Assembly: GCA_963669175.1 (NCBI GenBank)
Contig: OY769902.1
Coordinates: 4,128,001-4,192,000, forward strand
Direction of reading: 5' to 3'
Source: a bacterium
GTDB lineage: Bacteria > Electryoneota > Electryoneia > Electryoneales > Electryoneaceae
Length of the DNA stretch: 64,000 nt
The stretch's first letter is position 1; each line of letters opens with the position of its first letter. Position numbers and translations under genes: made by a program. Below, one piece after another: positions 32,906 to 43,085 of this stretch. The notes under the pieces were generated by a model, which worked only from the letters and a program-made list of their open reading frames with translations, searched no databases and was not told where the DNA came from.

Positions 32906-33784
32906 ATGCAAATCGGCTACTACCCCGGTTGTACGCTGAAATCGAAGGCAAAAAACCTTGAAATCGCCGCCATTAAAGCGATGGAAACCCTTGGCGTTGA
33001 ACTTGTGGAACTGGATCGCTGGAACTGCTGCGGTGCGGTGTATTCCCTGGCCGATGACGACCTGGTACACCTGCTCGCTCCGGTACGCGATCTGATCCGC
33101 GCTCGTGACCAGGGCCATACCAAGGTGCTTGCCCTCTGTTCCATGTGTTACAACACGTTGGCAAGAGCGAACCAGGTAATGCGTGACGATGAGGAAAAGC
33201 GTGACGCACTCAACCGGTTCATGGAAGAGGAAAGCGACTATGCCGGTGAAGTGGAAGTTGTGCACATGCTCAATTTCCTTCGTGACGAAATCGGCTGGGA
33301 TAAGGTCAAAGAAGCGGTCAAGAAACCGCTGAATATGAAAGTGGCCCCGTATTACGGCTGCACCTTGACACGTCCGAAAAGTGTCAGCATCGATCCGGCG
33401 ATTGATCCGCCCGTGTTCAAGGATCTGATCACAGCGCTTGGCGGCGAGGTGGTGGAATACGGCGACAGCGAAGTCTGCTGCGGTTCCTACCAGATTATCG
33501 CCGACGCCCAGTCTGCCGGAAAAACGACGGCTGTCATCCTGAATTCGGCTGAGAAGAAAGGCGCGGAAGCGTTGGCCCTGAGCTGCCCGCTGTGCGAGTA
33601 CAATCTCGGACGCAAGCAGAATTTGGCAATTGAAGCCAATCCGGCCCTGAAACCACTTCCGACCTATTATTTCACCCAGCTCATGGCGGTTGCTTTTGGT
33701 CTGCCGGATGATATCAACCATTTCGAGCTGAACATGCCCGGCACCGTCGAGCTATTGAAAGAGAAGGGCTTGCTGGCATCCTGA
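32906..33784 (+). CDS. hdrB: Heterodisulfide reductase subunit B-like CCG-domain protein
   Basis: YYPGC, WNCCG, CSMC, YYGC, CCG, CPLC and YFTQL motifs. Confidence 0.9.
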   Translation: MQIGYYPGCTLKSKAKNLEIAAIKAMETLGVELVELDRWNCCGAVYSLADDDLVHLLAPVRDLIRARDQGHTKVLALCSMCYNTLARANQVMRDDEEKRDALNRFMEEESDYAGEVEVVHMLNFLRDEIGWDKVKEAVKKPLNMKVAPYYGCTLTRPKSVSIDPAIDPPVFKDLITALGGEVVEYGDSEVCCGSYQIIADAQSAGKTTAVILNSAEKKGAEALALSCPLCEYNLGRKQNLAIEANPALKPLPTYYFTQLMAVAFGLPDDINHFELNMPGTVELLKEKGLLAS

Positions 33785-33840
33785 ATCGCCGGCGCTTTGA
33801 ACGACAACAACAATCTTCAGCATAACGGACGAGGTTCTCG

Positions 33841-34650
33841 ATGAGCGAAACCGCAGTCGTGGAAGAAAAAGAGGTAAAGGTAGAATCGAACCTGATCCCC
33901 ATCTTCATCATGGGGAAAAAGTACATGGTCCCGGACAGCCTGACCATCATGAAGGCTATGGAATACGCCGGGTACAAGTTTATCCGTGGCGCCGGTTGCC
34001 GTGGCGGCATCTGTGGCGCCTGCGCAACCGTGTACCGTAAACCGGGTGACTACCATATCCGTGTCGGCCTGGCCTGCCAGACCGTCGTTGAACCGGACAT
34101 GTACCTGACCCAGCTCCCCTTCTACCCCGCCAACCGTGCGACCTACGATTGGAATGAACTCAAGGGTGAAGCGGAAGAAGTGTACCAGGCCTATCCTGAA
34201 TTGTTCCGCTGCCTGGCTTGCAACGCCTGCACCAAGGTCTGCCCGATGGACGTCCCGGTAATGGACTACATCGCAGCCGTAAAACGTGGTGACCTGGAAA
34301 AAGCGGCCGAATTGTCATTCGACTGCATCCAGTGTGGTCTGTGCGCCACCCGTTGCATGGGTGAAATGGCCCAGTACCATATCGCCCAGATGGTCCGCCG
34401 TATCCGTGGGAAGTTCCTTACCCCGCACACGGACCACATCGGCAAGCAGGTGGACGCTATTGCGGATGGTTTCTATGAGAAGTTCATGGATGAAGTGAAA
34501 GCCCTGGGCACACTTGATCCATTCGACCAAAGCAATGTTTCCGAGGGTGTGGCGAAGCTGAAAGAGCTGTACAAGGCTCGTGAAGGCGAACCGCATACAA
34601 CCGATGAAACCTGGCGTCCCCAGAGCGATTACGCACTGTTGGGCGAGTAA
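33841..34650 (+). CDS. Fumarate reductase/succinate dehydrogenase-like iron-sulfur subunit
   Basis: [2Fe-2S] motif GCRGGICGAC..LAC plus CLACNACTKVCP and CIQCGLCATRC. Confidence 0.85.
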   Translation: MSETAVVEEKEVKVESNLIPIFIMGKKYMVPDSLTIMKAMEYAGYKFIRGAGCRGGICGACATVYRKPGDYHIRVGLACQTVVEPDMYLTQLPFYPANRATYDWNELKGEAEEVYQAYPELFRCLACNACTKVCPMDVPVMDYIAAVKRGDLEKAAELSFDCIQCGLCATRCMGEMAQYHIAQMVRRIRGKFLTPHTDHIGKQVDAIADGFYEKFMDEVKALGTLDPFDQSNVSEGVAKLKELYKAREGEPHTTDETWRPQSDYALLGE

Positions 34651-34691
34651 TTGGCCGGACAAACGCACGACACAACAGACAGGGGGCAAAC

Positions 34692-36365
34692 GTGGGTTAC
34701 CCTGAAGGTCTAAAAGAATTGATGAAGAAGGTCGAAGCAACTCGGCCTGAGCGTGTAGAACAGAAGAAAACCGGGTATGAATTCCCGGCCCTGAGCCTCG
34801 AAGACCGTTCAAAGGTTCTCCATACATACCATCCGGACGTAAAAGAAGAAGGCCGCCGCGAAATCCAGATCGGCCCGAACAAGGGCTACCGGATCTGCCA
34901 TGAGATGGTGGATCTGCTGGAAGCGAAAAGCCGTGTCGAACCGGATAAGGTCGACCTGGGCAAAGCGGATTACGAGACGGACGTGCTCGTGATCGGTGGT
35001 GGCGGTGCAGGAACTGCCGCAGCTCTGATGGCGCAGGAACAGGGCGCCAAGGTCATCATCGCTACCAAGCTGCGTCACGGTGACGCCAACACCATGATGG
35101 CGGAAGGTGGCATCCAGGCCGCGACCAAGGGCTACAAAGACTCGCCCTACTACCATTATCTCGACATTATTGGCGGCGGTCACTTCACCAACAAGCCGGA
35201 ACTGGTGGCCACCCTGGCCAACGAAGCGCCGGGCGTGATCAACTGGCTGCTGGGCCTGGGCTGTAACTTCTCCAAGTGGGAAGATGGCACCTTGAAGACC
35301 ATGCATGGCGGCGGCACCTGCCGTAAACGCATGCACTTCGCCGCAGACATCACCGGCGCCGAAATGATGCGTACCGTGCGTGATGAAGCCCGTAACCGCG
35401 CCAATGACATCACCGTCATCGAGTTCTCCCCCGCCGTTGAGCTGTTGCTGAACGACAAGGGCCAGTGCGCCGGTGCAGTCCTGTACAACATGGAAACCGC
35501 TGAATACATCATCGTGAAGGCCAAATCGGTTGTCATGGCAACTGGTGGCAGCGGACGTTTGCATGTGCAGAACTTCATGACCACGAACCACTACGGCGCA
35601 ACCGGTGACGGTATCGTCATGGGCTACCGTGCCGGTGTCCCGGTCTGCTTCCTGCACACGATCCAATACCATCCGACCGGCGTGATCTTCCCGGAACAGG
35701 CGGAAGGTATCCTGATCACGGAGAAATTCCGTGGCGCAGGCGCCAACCTGGTCAATGTTGACGGTAACCAGTTCGTGTTCGAACGTGAACCGCGCGATAT
35801 CGAAGCCTCCTGCATCATCCGTGAATGCACGGATCGTGGCATGGGCGTCCCCACCCCGACCGGCAAGTTCGGGATCTGGCTGGACAGCCCGATGCTGGAT
35901 GTGATGTACGGCGAAGGTTACGTCAAGAAGGAATTCCCGGGCAAACACATCCTGTTCAGCCGTTTCGGTATCGATATCGGCAAAGAACCGATGCTGATCT
36001 ACCCGACGCTGCACTACCAGAATGGCGGCCTGGAATTCACCAGCGATGGCGCGACCCCGTTGAAGGGCCTGTACCTGGGCGGCGAAGTTGGTGGCGGCAC
36101 CCACGGCGAAAACCGCTTGATGGGCAACAGCCTGCTGGATATCATGGTGTACGGCCGTATCGCCGGAACCAACGCCGCGAAGTTCGCGCTGAACGATTCA
36201 CAGGATGGCGAGCTTACACTGGATCACGTCCGCAAGTACCACAAGGAACTCGAGGACGCCGGGATCGAAGACGCACGGATCGCCCCGATGCTGCTGCCGG
36301 ACTATACCGATGAACAGGTCAAGTCCAAGCAGCTCACTGCCAAGTATGAAGGCACCATGCGGTAA
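34692..36365 (+). CDS. Fumarate reductase/succinate dehydrogenase-family flavoprotein subunit
   Basis: DVLVIGGGGAG, ATGG, QYHPTG, EPRD, TLHYQNGG and HGENRLMGNSL motifs. Confidence 0.9.
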   Translation: MGYPEGLKELMKKVEATRPERVEQKKTGYEFPALSLEDRSKVLHTYHPDVKEEGRREIQIGPNKGYRICHEMVDLLEAKSRVEPDKVDLGKADYETDVLVIGGGGAGTAAALMAQEQGAKVIIATKLRHGDANTMMAEGGIQAATKGYKDSPYYHYLDIIGGGHFTNKPELVATLANEAPGVINWLLGLGCNFSKWEDGTLKTMHGGGTCRKRMHFAADITGAEMMRTVRDEARNRANDITVIEFSPAVELLLNDKGQCAGAVLYNMETAEYIIVKAKSVVMATGGSGRLHVQNFMTTNHYGATGDGIVMGYRAGVPVCFLHTIQYHPTGVIFPEQAEGILITEKFRGAGANLVNVDGNQFVFEREPRDIEASCIIRECTDRGMGVPTPTGKFGIWLDSPMLDVMYGEGYVKKEFPGKHILFSRFGIDIGKEPMLIYPTLHYQNGGLEFTSDGATPLKGLYLGGEVGGGTHGENRLMGNSLLDIMVYGRIAGTNAAKFALNDSQDGELTLDHVRKYHKELEDAGIEDARIAPMLLPDYTDEQVKSKQLTAKYEGTMR

Positions 36366-36404
36366 AGATTGATTCATGTGGGTCATTCCACAATTGCATT
36401 TCCC

Positions 36405-36436
36405 AACGGGATGGAGTTTTCCATCCCGTTTTTTTG
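36405..36436 (+). terminator. Rho-independent terminator of the hdrCB-frd operon
   Basis: AACGGGATGGA-gttt-TCCATCCCGTT followed by T-tract. Confidence 0.85.
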
Positions 36437-36524
36437 CATAGCACAATAATGTGACTTGAAACAATATCGAAGAAGTGATTACCTGTGAAGCACAGAGATT
36501 CGCTTCGTAGAATGGATAAGCGGG

Positions 36525-36775
36525 CGTAAAATAGGACTGTTACCTTTTTACGCTTTCGAATGCAGGACAGCTAAAGAAGTATTGATGAAAAGGTAACTGT
36601 ACCAAATTTTTCGCCTGCTCTGTAAGACAGTTTCGGTAGGGAAAATGCAGGGACAGCCACCATTTCGCACTATGTTATCCCACTAATCAATGATCTTAAG
36701 CAGAAATCACACATAATTAACAAGACTTGGCATATTCGCCAGCGAAAAGCGTGGCAGTCCCCATTTTCCATCACG
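36525..36775. repeat. Cluster of REP-like family B and related motifs
   Basis: GGACTGTTACCTTTT..GAAAAGGTAACTGTACCAAATTTTTCGCCTGC; GGGACAGCCACCATTTCGCA; GGCAGTCCCCATTTTCC. Confidence 0.65.
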
Positions 36776-36789
36776 ATGTACCGATTTCT

Positions 36790-38196
36790 TTAAAACCTGA
36801 TCCCCGCTCGAACAATCGGTAGTTGCGCACGTACGTCCGGCGAGAGGTCCGGCGATGAACTCAGCATATAATTCTCCGGGGAGATGGAAAACTCAATATC
36901 CGGCAGGCCATCATCGGAAGCCAGGTCATCCTCATAGGCGTCATTTTTCAGGGTGGCGTAGGTAATCCCCAGCCCAATAACAGCTCCAGCGCTCATCAGC
37001 ATTGTCCCTTCCCTGTCACCAAACGCGCTGACAGCGCCACCCAGCAGCGCACCGGCCCCAGTCCCGAGATCCATCATCAGGTTCTGTTTTTCGGTAAAAT
37101 CATACCCGCGTACCATCAGATCACCGATGAAGATACCCGCGCCCATCCCGATCATGGCGGCGGCCACCACTGGTTTCCCTTCGTCAACATCATTCTCCAG
37201 CATAGCCGCGACAGGGATGACGCCGCCAAGGAATCTCGTCGTCCTCATCACGCCCACATCACCAATCGAATACGAATCCCTGTATTTCATATGATGGCCC
37301 AGGTAAAAGCCCCCGATCGCCCCTCCCAGCCCGGCAATGGCGCCAACCCTGACGGCCTCATCATTCTCCACATCGTCGAACAGACCCATCGTGTAGGCCA
37401 ATCCAACGCCATACATGAGCCCGGTATCACTCATCATACCTGAAACTTCCGCTTCCCCGATGGAGATCCGCCTATTCTTTGCATAATGGTATAGCACAAC
37501 GGTTTCGATAATACTGGTTACTGTAGCTACAGAGAAATGGAACCGCATATCGTGATCATCACCCTCCCCGGCTGCCAGCAGGCCCAGGCCGAAACCGTGC
37601 GCCAACCCCGATTTCGCACCGAAACAACTCAACGCCGCCTCTGCCTCGGTGAATTCAATGTTCCTGGTCAGGAAAAGAGGCAGAAAGAAGGACGTACTGC
37701 TGGTTAACAACGACATCCCGGCAAACTGACCAGCATCCTCGATGCCAAGCATGAGAGGTACTGTCCAGCTATACACGCCGAGGGAAACGTACAGGCTGTT
37801 CCGCAGGAAACGTGCGCGTCCCTCCTGATCCAAACCGGCATTCGCCCCTCGCAAAGCAACACTGGTCTGCAGGACAGTCTCCACCTGCCCGCGTAACTCC
37901 TCCACTGCTTCCATGCTCAACGGCAGGTTCTTCCGCAGCAGGTCTGTTTCCGGCTTGAACATGATCTCAAGGAAATACCCGGAATCCTCAGAATGGTACA
38001 ACATGGCCTTCTGAAAACCGGGATAGTCGTCGAACAGGGCAATCCGCTTGGCGATGGCGGGGGTCAGAACAGTTGTATTTCCGGATTTATCCAGGGGGAC
38101 CAGGGTTTCCTGGGCCAGCACAGTGGAAGGCGCTAAGACTTGCGTACCGAGAAGCAGAATTAAAGCAAGGAGTAACGTAATTCGGATCACGGTCAC
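36790..38196 (-). CDS. Hypothetical Gly/Ala-rich membrane protein with signal peptide
   Basis: 468-aa ORF with signal peptide, glycine-zipper-like helices and C-terminal RAGIRF. Confidence 0.75.
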   Translation of the reverse strand: MTVIRITLLLALILLLGTQVLAPSTVLAQETLVPLDKSGNTTVLTPAIAKRIALFDDYPGFQKAMLYHSEDSGYFLEIMFKPETDLLRKNLPLSMEAVEELRGQVETVLQTSVALRGANAGLDQEGRARFLRNSLYVSLGVYSWTVPLMLGIEDAGQFAGMSLLTSSTSFFLPLFLTRNIEFTEAEAALSCFGAKSGLAHGFGLGLLAAGEGDDHDMRFHFSVATVTSIIETVVLYHYAKNRRISIGEAEVSGMMSDTGLMYGVGLAYTMGLFDDVENDEAVRVGAIAGLGGAIGGFYLGHHMKYRDSYSIGDVGVMRTTRFLGGVIPVAAMLENDVDEGKPVVAAAMIGMGAGIFIGDLMVRGYDFTEKQNLMMDLGTGAGALLGGAVSAFGDREGTMLMSAGAVIGLGITYATLKNDAYEDDLASDDGLPDIEFSISPENYMLSSSPDLSPDVRAQLPIVRAGIRF

Positions 38197-38302
38197 CTCT
38201 GGCAGTGAAAGGTGTCAAGGAATAACCGGAAGCTTTCTTCCCATTAAACTAGCCAGAATTGTTAGCGGTTCCAAGGGATGGGGGAAGTTGGTGGTATACC
38301 TC

Positions 38303-39472
38303 TTATCGTTGTCAGACTGTCCATTTTTGCGTTAAAAGATAATCGCAGAAAATCGTAAATAATAGACCGCGCAGTAGAATTTGACATTCAATTCCTTCGG
38401 CTATTATTTTATTTTAGCAGGCTTTAGCCTGCTCTTCTTAGCACCCGGCTTTAGCCGGGGTGTCAAGGATAAAAAGAGAAATAATGAGCGCCCTTCAGGG
38501 TGCTTTCCAGCGAAAAGCTTGCTCACCTGAAAGCACGCTAAAGCGCGCTCCAACTTGTCTGGCATCCACTCCACCCCGGCTAAAGCCGGGTGCTAAAAAG
38601 AGCCTGCTGAAGAAGGCTGAATTTGGGCGAAAGTTTCTATGCAAACGTGATACAGCTTCCACGCTCGTTGATTTTTGATACTTTCACTGAATTGCAAATT
38701 CAATCCAGTACTCAAGTGAGCATCGGGATACTGTTGCTTACTTGTACATAGTTACTGAGCTTTATCACAATCCAGACTCACTCATAGTTTCAACATGGAC
38801 CATACCTGCACCATTGTATCCCTGCAACATCAACATTGGCAGATTCATCACGTGTGAGTCGGGCCACCCGGCCCTTTATCGTTGTCAGACTGTCCATTTT
38901 TGCGTTAAAAGATAATCGCAGAAAATCGTAAATAATAGACCGCGCAGTAGAATTTGACATTCAATTCCTTCGGCTATTGTTTTATTTTAGCAGGCTTTAG
39001 CCTGCTCTTCTTAGCACCCGGCTTCAGCCGGGGTGTCAAGGATTAAAGAGAAATAATGAGCGCCCTTCAGGGTGCTTTCCAGCGAAAAGCTTGCTCACCT
39101 GAAAGCACGCTAAAGCGCGCTCCAACTTGTCTGGCATCCACTCCACCCCGGCTAAAGCCGGGTGCTAAAAAGAGCCTGCTGAAGCAGGCTGAATTTGGAA
39201 AAAATCACATCAACAACAGTCGGGTGGCTCGATGCGCACGTGATATAGCTTCCACTCTCGTAGAGTCTTAATACTTTCCCTGAATTGCAAATTCAATCCA
39301 GTACTCAAGAGAGCATCGGGATACTGTTGCCTACTTGTACATAGTTACTGAGCTTCATCACAATCCCGACTCACTTATAGTTTCAACATGAACCATACCT
39401 GAACCATAGTATCCATGCAACATCAATATTGGCAGATTCATCACGTGTGAGTCGGGCCACCCGGCCCTTTAT
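38303..39472. repeat. Tandem duplication (~573-bp offset), each copy holding a REP-like inverted pair
   Basis: TTATCGTTGTCAGACTGTCC starts at 38303 and 38876; both copies end CACGTGTGAGTCGGGCCACCCGGCCCTTT; internal CACCCGGCTTTAGCCGGGG / CCCCGGCTAAAGCCGGGTG. Confidence 0.92.
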
Positions 39473-39719
39473 TAAGTATGATAAACCAAATTGGAATGTG
39501 TGTGTCTCGCAAGGAATTGTACGACTTATCCAAGGTCGACTATGAGGAGTCAACCTTCCTCACGGCGCTTACGCACCGCGCTAGACACATTCCGCCCCGC
39601 TGGGGCAGCTTTCTATTTAGCCAAAATAGATATGAGATTAGTAATACTAGTGGTCTAGTGGTGAAATCTAAAAAATTAATGGCTGCTCACAAGAATCTGT
39701 GCATATTATCGACGAGCAC

Positions 39720-39975
39720 GTTTCGTCAGGTCTTGACGTGATGCCTTGTTCTTCTCCGCAATTTCAGACACCTGTCCAACTTCACAGCTGCCATTTCGCA
39801 TGATAGATCGTCATCAGGCATCACATTGTGACCTGACGACAGCGAGAGTGCTGATACCGGTGGCAGGTCACAACGCGACTATAACAGGACGAGAGGTGGT
39901 TTCAGTATCATGTGCATTCAGAAATACATTGCGAAAGCCGAAAACGAAATGTCGCGTCAAGACCTGCCACAACTT
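39720..39975. repeat. Nested inverted repeats (REP-like)
   Basis: CAGGTCTTGACG ... CGTCAAGACCTG flanking TGTGACCTG ... CAGGTCACA. Confidence 0.55.
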
Positions 39976-40032
39976 TGCCCGGATGCACAAATTCTTGTGA
40001 GGAACCAAATTAATAGTGACAAAAACTGATAC

Positions 40033-40566
40033 TTAATCTTCTAAAAACAAAGTGTCTTCAATGAATCTTTTGATTTCCTCCTCGGATTTATCTCCATATA
40101 TATACTTGTTACCAGCTATTTTCTTCATTTTTTTATTTAAGTATTCAAAATACTCATATAAAGTTTCATCGCCATCCCTCATTCTACTATCGTTAATTTT
40201 ATCTTTGAATAATAACCAAAAATATTCTATATAATAACCAAATTCATGATAAACATAATTTTTATCAACAACTTGATATTTTAATGACAAACCTAATGAT
40301 TCATAGAAATTCATTATTCTTGCTTCGTTCTTTGTCGTTGTTGTTGAATTAAATAGTTCTGAACTCTTACAACATTCTATTCTACTTTTTTCCATGGAAG
40401 AAGAATCCCATTCATTTCTATAATCTCTGATTGCATTTACTGTATTTGCTAATTTAGAAATCCATGTTTGTCTAATTATATAGATTAATGAGCCAATTAT
40501 CGCCAATGTCTGGAGTATTATCCAAAAATCGGCACTTTCTTTAAAAAGGTATATATTTGTTTCCAT
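40033..40566 (-). CDS. Small AT-rich protein, DUF4760-like
   Basis: N-terminal TM helix, IMNFYESLG..VVD and YEYFEYL pattern; RBS GGAGG; very AT-rich. Confidence 0.65.
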   Translation of the reverse strand: METNIYLFKESADFWIILQTLAIIGSLIYIIRQTWISKLANTVNAIRDYRNEWDSSSMEKSRIECCKSSELFNSTTTTKNEARIMNFYESLGLSLKYQVVDKNYVYHEFGYYIEYFWLLFKDKINDSRMRDGDETLYEYFEYLNKKMKKIAGNKYIYGDKSEEEIKRFIEDTLFLED

Positions 40567-40634
40567 GATTCACCTCCCATAACAATTTCTCCAAAATACA
40601 CTTGATTCTATCCTTGACAATTAGTAGTAACCTA

Positions 40635-41180
40635 TCACTCCACCTCAAACAGCACATGATTTTTTTCCACCGCGTCCCCTGCGGCGACATGGATCGCGGT
40701 GATGGTGCCGGTGATGGGCGATTTGATCTCGTTCTCCATTTTCATGGCTTCCATGATCATCACCCCATCGTCCTTCTCCACGGCATCCCCGACATTCAGG
40801 TTCGCCTGCACGATCAGGCCGGGCATGGGCGCTTTCACCTTGCCGACCTTTTTGCCACCGTCCGCGCCCTGGATGAACTTGCGCATGAAGGCCTCGCGTG
40901 CGGTCTGGACTTCCAGGTCGAAATCGTAGCCACCGGCATGGGCACGGTAGGTGCCGGGCTCATCGCTCTCCTCGGCCATCAGCGTGACCGATTTCCCGTC
41001 CAGCAGCACCGAGTAACGGTCGGGCTTGGCGCCGGGACGGATATCCACATGATGCTCCACCCCGTCGATCATCACGGTGCAACAATCCTGCTGGAACGCG
41101 ATGACGTAGGTCTTACCGTTGACTTCCACATGGTACGCGTCATCCTGTGGCTGTGTGGGGGTATCGTTTTTCGTGGTCAT
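40635..41180 (-). CDS. Biotin carboxyl carrier protein (acyl-CoA carboxylase)
   Basis: KAPMPG and EAMKMENEI biotinylation motif. Confidence 0.92.
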   Translation of the reverse strand: MTTKNDTPTQPQDDAYHVEVNGKTYVIAFQQDCCTVMIDGVEHHVDIRPGAKPDRYSVLLDGKSVTLMAEESDEPGTYRAHAGGYDFDLEVQTAREAFMRKFIQGADGGKKVGKVKAPMPGLIVQANLNVGDAVEKDDGVMIMEAMKMENEIKSPITGTITAIHVAAGDAVEKNHVLFEVE

Positions 41181-42715
41181 CGCAGGGCGCTCCTCCGTCC
41201 GGCCTGTTTCCAGCCGCTACTTGTTTCGGTCCAACCGTTGGTCGATGGTTTGTGTCCGTTGCCGCTCGGGGTGCTCGCCAGGGTTACCCCTTGCAGCTTC
41301 ATCTCGTGACGTTTCCAGGCAACCGCCAGCGCGGCAACCTTCTCCCACCTGGCTTCCTTTTCACGCAATTCCGCGACATCCAGCTCTTTCTCCACAAACG
41401 AGGTATCGAATTCTCCGCGCTGGAATGCTTCATTCTCCATGACATAAATGCCGAACGGGATCGTGGTACGGACGCCCGTAATGTGGTACTCCATCAACGC
41501 GCGTTTCATGCGTTTGATAGCGGACGGCCTGTCGTTATCCCATGCGATCAATTTGCTGATCATGGGATCATAATGGATGGAAATCGATTCCGCTTCACGG
41601 ATGCCGCTATCCTCACGCAGGCCGAAACCATCCGGCGGGTGCAGGTACTGGATTTTGCCCGTGGTAGGCAGGAAATTGTTCAGGCTATCCTCGGAATAGA
41701 TACGGACCTCGATAGCATGTCCGTTCTGAACAATGTCTTCCTGTTTGTAGGGCAGCGCTTCCCCGGACGCGACCCGCATCTGCAACCTGCACAGGTCCAC
41801 CCCGGTAACCATTTCCGTGATCGGGTGTTCCACCTGCAAACGTGTGTTCATTTCAAGGAAATAGTAGTTCAGATCCTTATCGACGAGGAACTCAACCGTC
41901 CCGGCGTTCTGATACCCGCAGGCCCGCGCTGCTTCGACAGCAGAGGCGCCCATACGTTCACGCAATTCCGGGTTCATCACCGGGCTGGGCGATTCCTCGA
42001 TCACCTTCTGGTGACGGCGCTGGATGGAACATTCACGTTCGCCGAGATGAATCACATTGCCATGATGATCGGCAAACACCTGGAATTCGATATGACGCGG
42101 TTTTTCCACATATTTTTCGATGAACACGATAGGACTGGAAAAGGCAGACATGGACTCTCGTCGTGCCGCTTCCAGCGATTTGGCCAGATCTTTTTCCTCG
42201 TGGACAACCCTCATACCCTTGCCGCCACCGCCCATCGCCGCCTTGATCAGCACCGGGTAACCGATTTCACGAGCGTAGCGCTTGGCGATCTCCGGATTCT
42301 CGACACCGTCCGGAGTGCCCGGCACCACAGGAACACCGGCCTTCATCATGATCGAGCGAGCTTCCGTTTTACTGCCCATGGAGCGTATCGCGGCTGGAGG
42401 CGGCCCGATCCAGGTCATCCCGGCATCCATCACAGCCTGGGCGAATTCCGCGTTTTCGGACAGGAAACCATACCCGGGGTGTATCGCATCCGCTCCGCAT
42501 TGTTCCGCCACAGCGATAATCTTATCACCACGCAAATAGCTGTCTTTAGCCGGAGCCGGTCCTACCGGGTAGGCTTCATCAGCCAAGAGCACATGAGAAG
42601 CCAGACGGTCCGCATCAGAAAAGATGGCTACGGACTGGATATCCATTTCACGGCAGGCTCGGATAACTCGTACTGCGATTTCACCACGGTTGGCAACGAG
42701 GACTTTCTTGATCAA
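41177..42715 (-). CDS. accC: Biotin carboxylase subunit (acetyl/propionyl-CoA carboxylase)
   Basis: KVLVANRGEIA, HPGYGFLSEN, GGGGKGMR, ERECSIQRRHQK and EMNTRLQVEH; TTG start after GGAGG. Confidence 0.9.
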   Translation of the reverse strand: MIKKVLVANRGEIAVRVIRACREMDIQSVAIFSDADRLASHVLLADEAYPVGPAPAKDSYLRGDKIIAVAEQCGADAIHPGYGFLSENAEFAQAVMDAGMTWIGPPPAAIRSMGSKTEARSIMMKAGVPVVPGTPDGVENPEIAKRYAREIGYPVLIKAAMGGGGKGMRVVHEEKDLAKSLEAARRESMSAFSSPIVFIEKYVEKPRHIEFQVFADHHGNVIHLGERECSIQRRHQKVIEESPSPVMNPELRERMGASAVEAARACGYQNAGTVEFLVDKDLNYYFLEMNTRLQVEHPITEMVTGVDLCRLQMRVASGEALPYKQEDIVQNGHAIEVRIYSEDSLNNFLPTTGKIQYLHPPDGFGLREDSGIREAESISIHYDPMISKLIAWDNDRPSAIKRMKRALMEYHITGVRTTIPFGIYVMENEAFQRGEFDTSFVEKELDVAELREKEARWEKVAALAVAWKRHEMKLQGVTLASTPSGNGHKPSTNGWTETSSGWKQAGRRSALR

Positions 42716-43085
42716 GAGGGCCTCCATCAGGAATTGGCTGGTCACCCGGAAACGATTGTTGGTATCCCTGGCGTGAAAGCTCCATCAAAGAGCTGTTATC
42801 ACCCGCTAACGCAAAAAGAGAACTTGCGGGTACTCTCAGGGCCGGGTTGTACAGATACCGTGGCAAAATAGAACCGGAGAAGGAACGAGTCAATGTGAGA
42901 AGGTCGTGAAATGCATGAACATTAACGGGAAGAGCGATTTGGAGACGATGGGCTACCACGATCAACTTGGCTGTAAGTCGAGGTGTGTTGCAGGATTTGG
43001 CGCAATTAACTTACCTTTATTGTCCAATCATGTCAGTTGGAATATTCGGTTGTTACGTTGAGGTGAGCAAGCAAAGGACTGTTTC

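Noticed and set aside
32753-36104. 322-aa and 431-aa minus-strand ORFs
   Set aside because: Antisense to hdrB and the flavoprotein gene.
38460-39271. Twin small ORFs MSALQGAFQRKACSP...
   Set aside because: They are translations of the duplicated palindromic repeat, with no coding evidence.
41147-42871. 574-aa plus-strand ORF
   Set aside because: Antisense to the biotin carboxylase; a typical shadow ORF.
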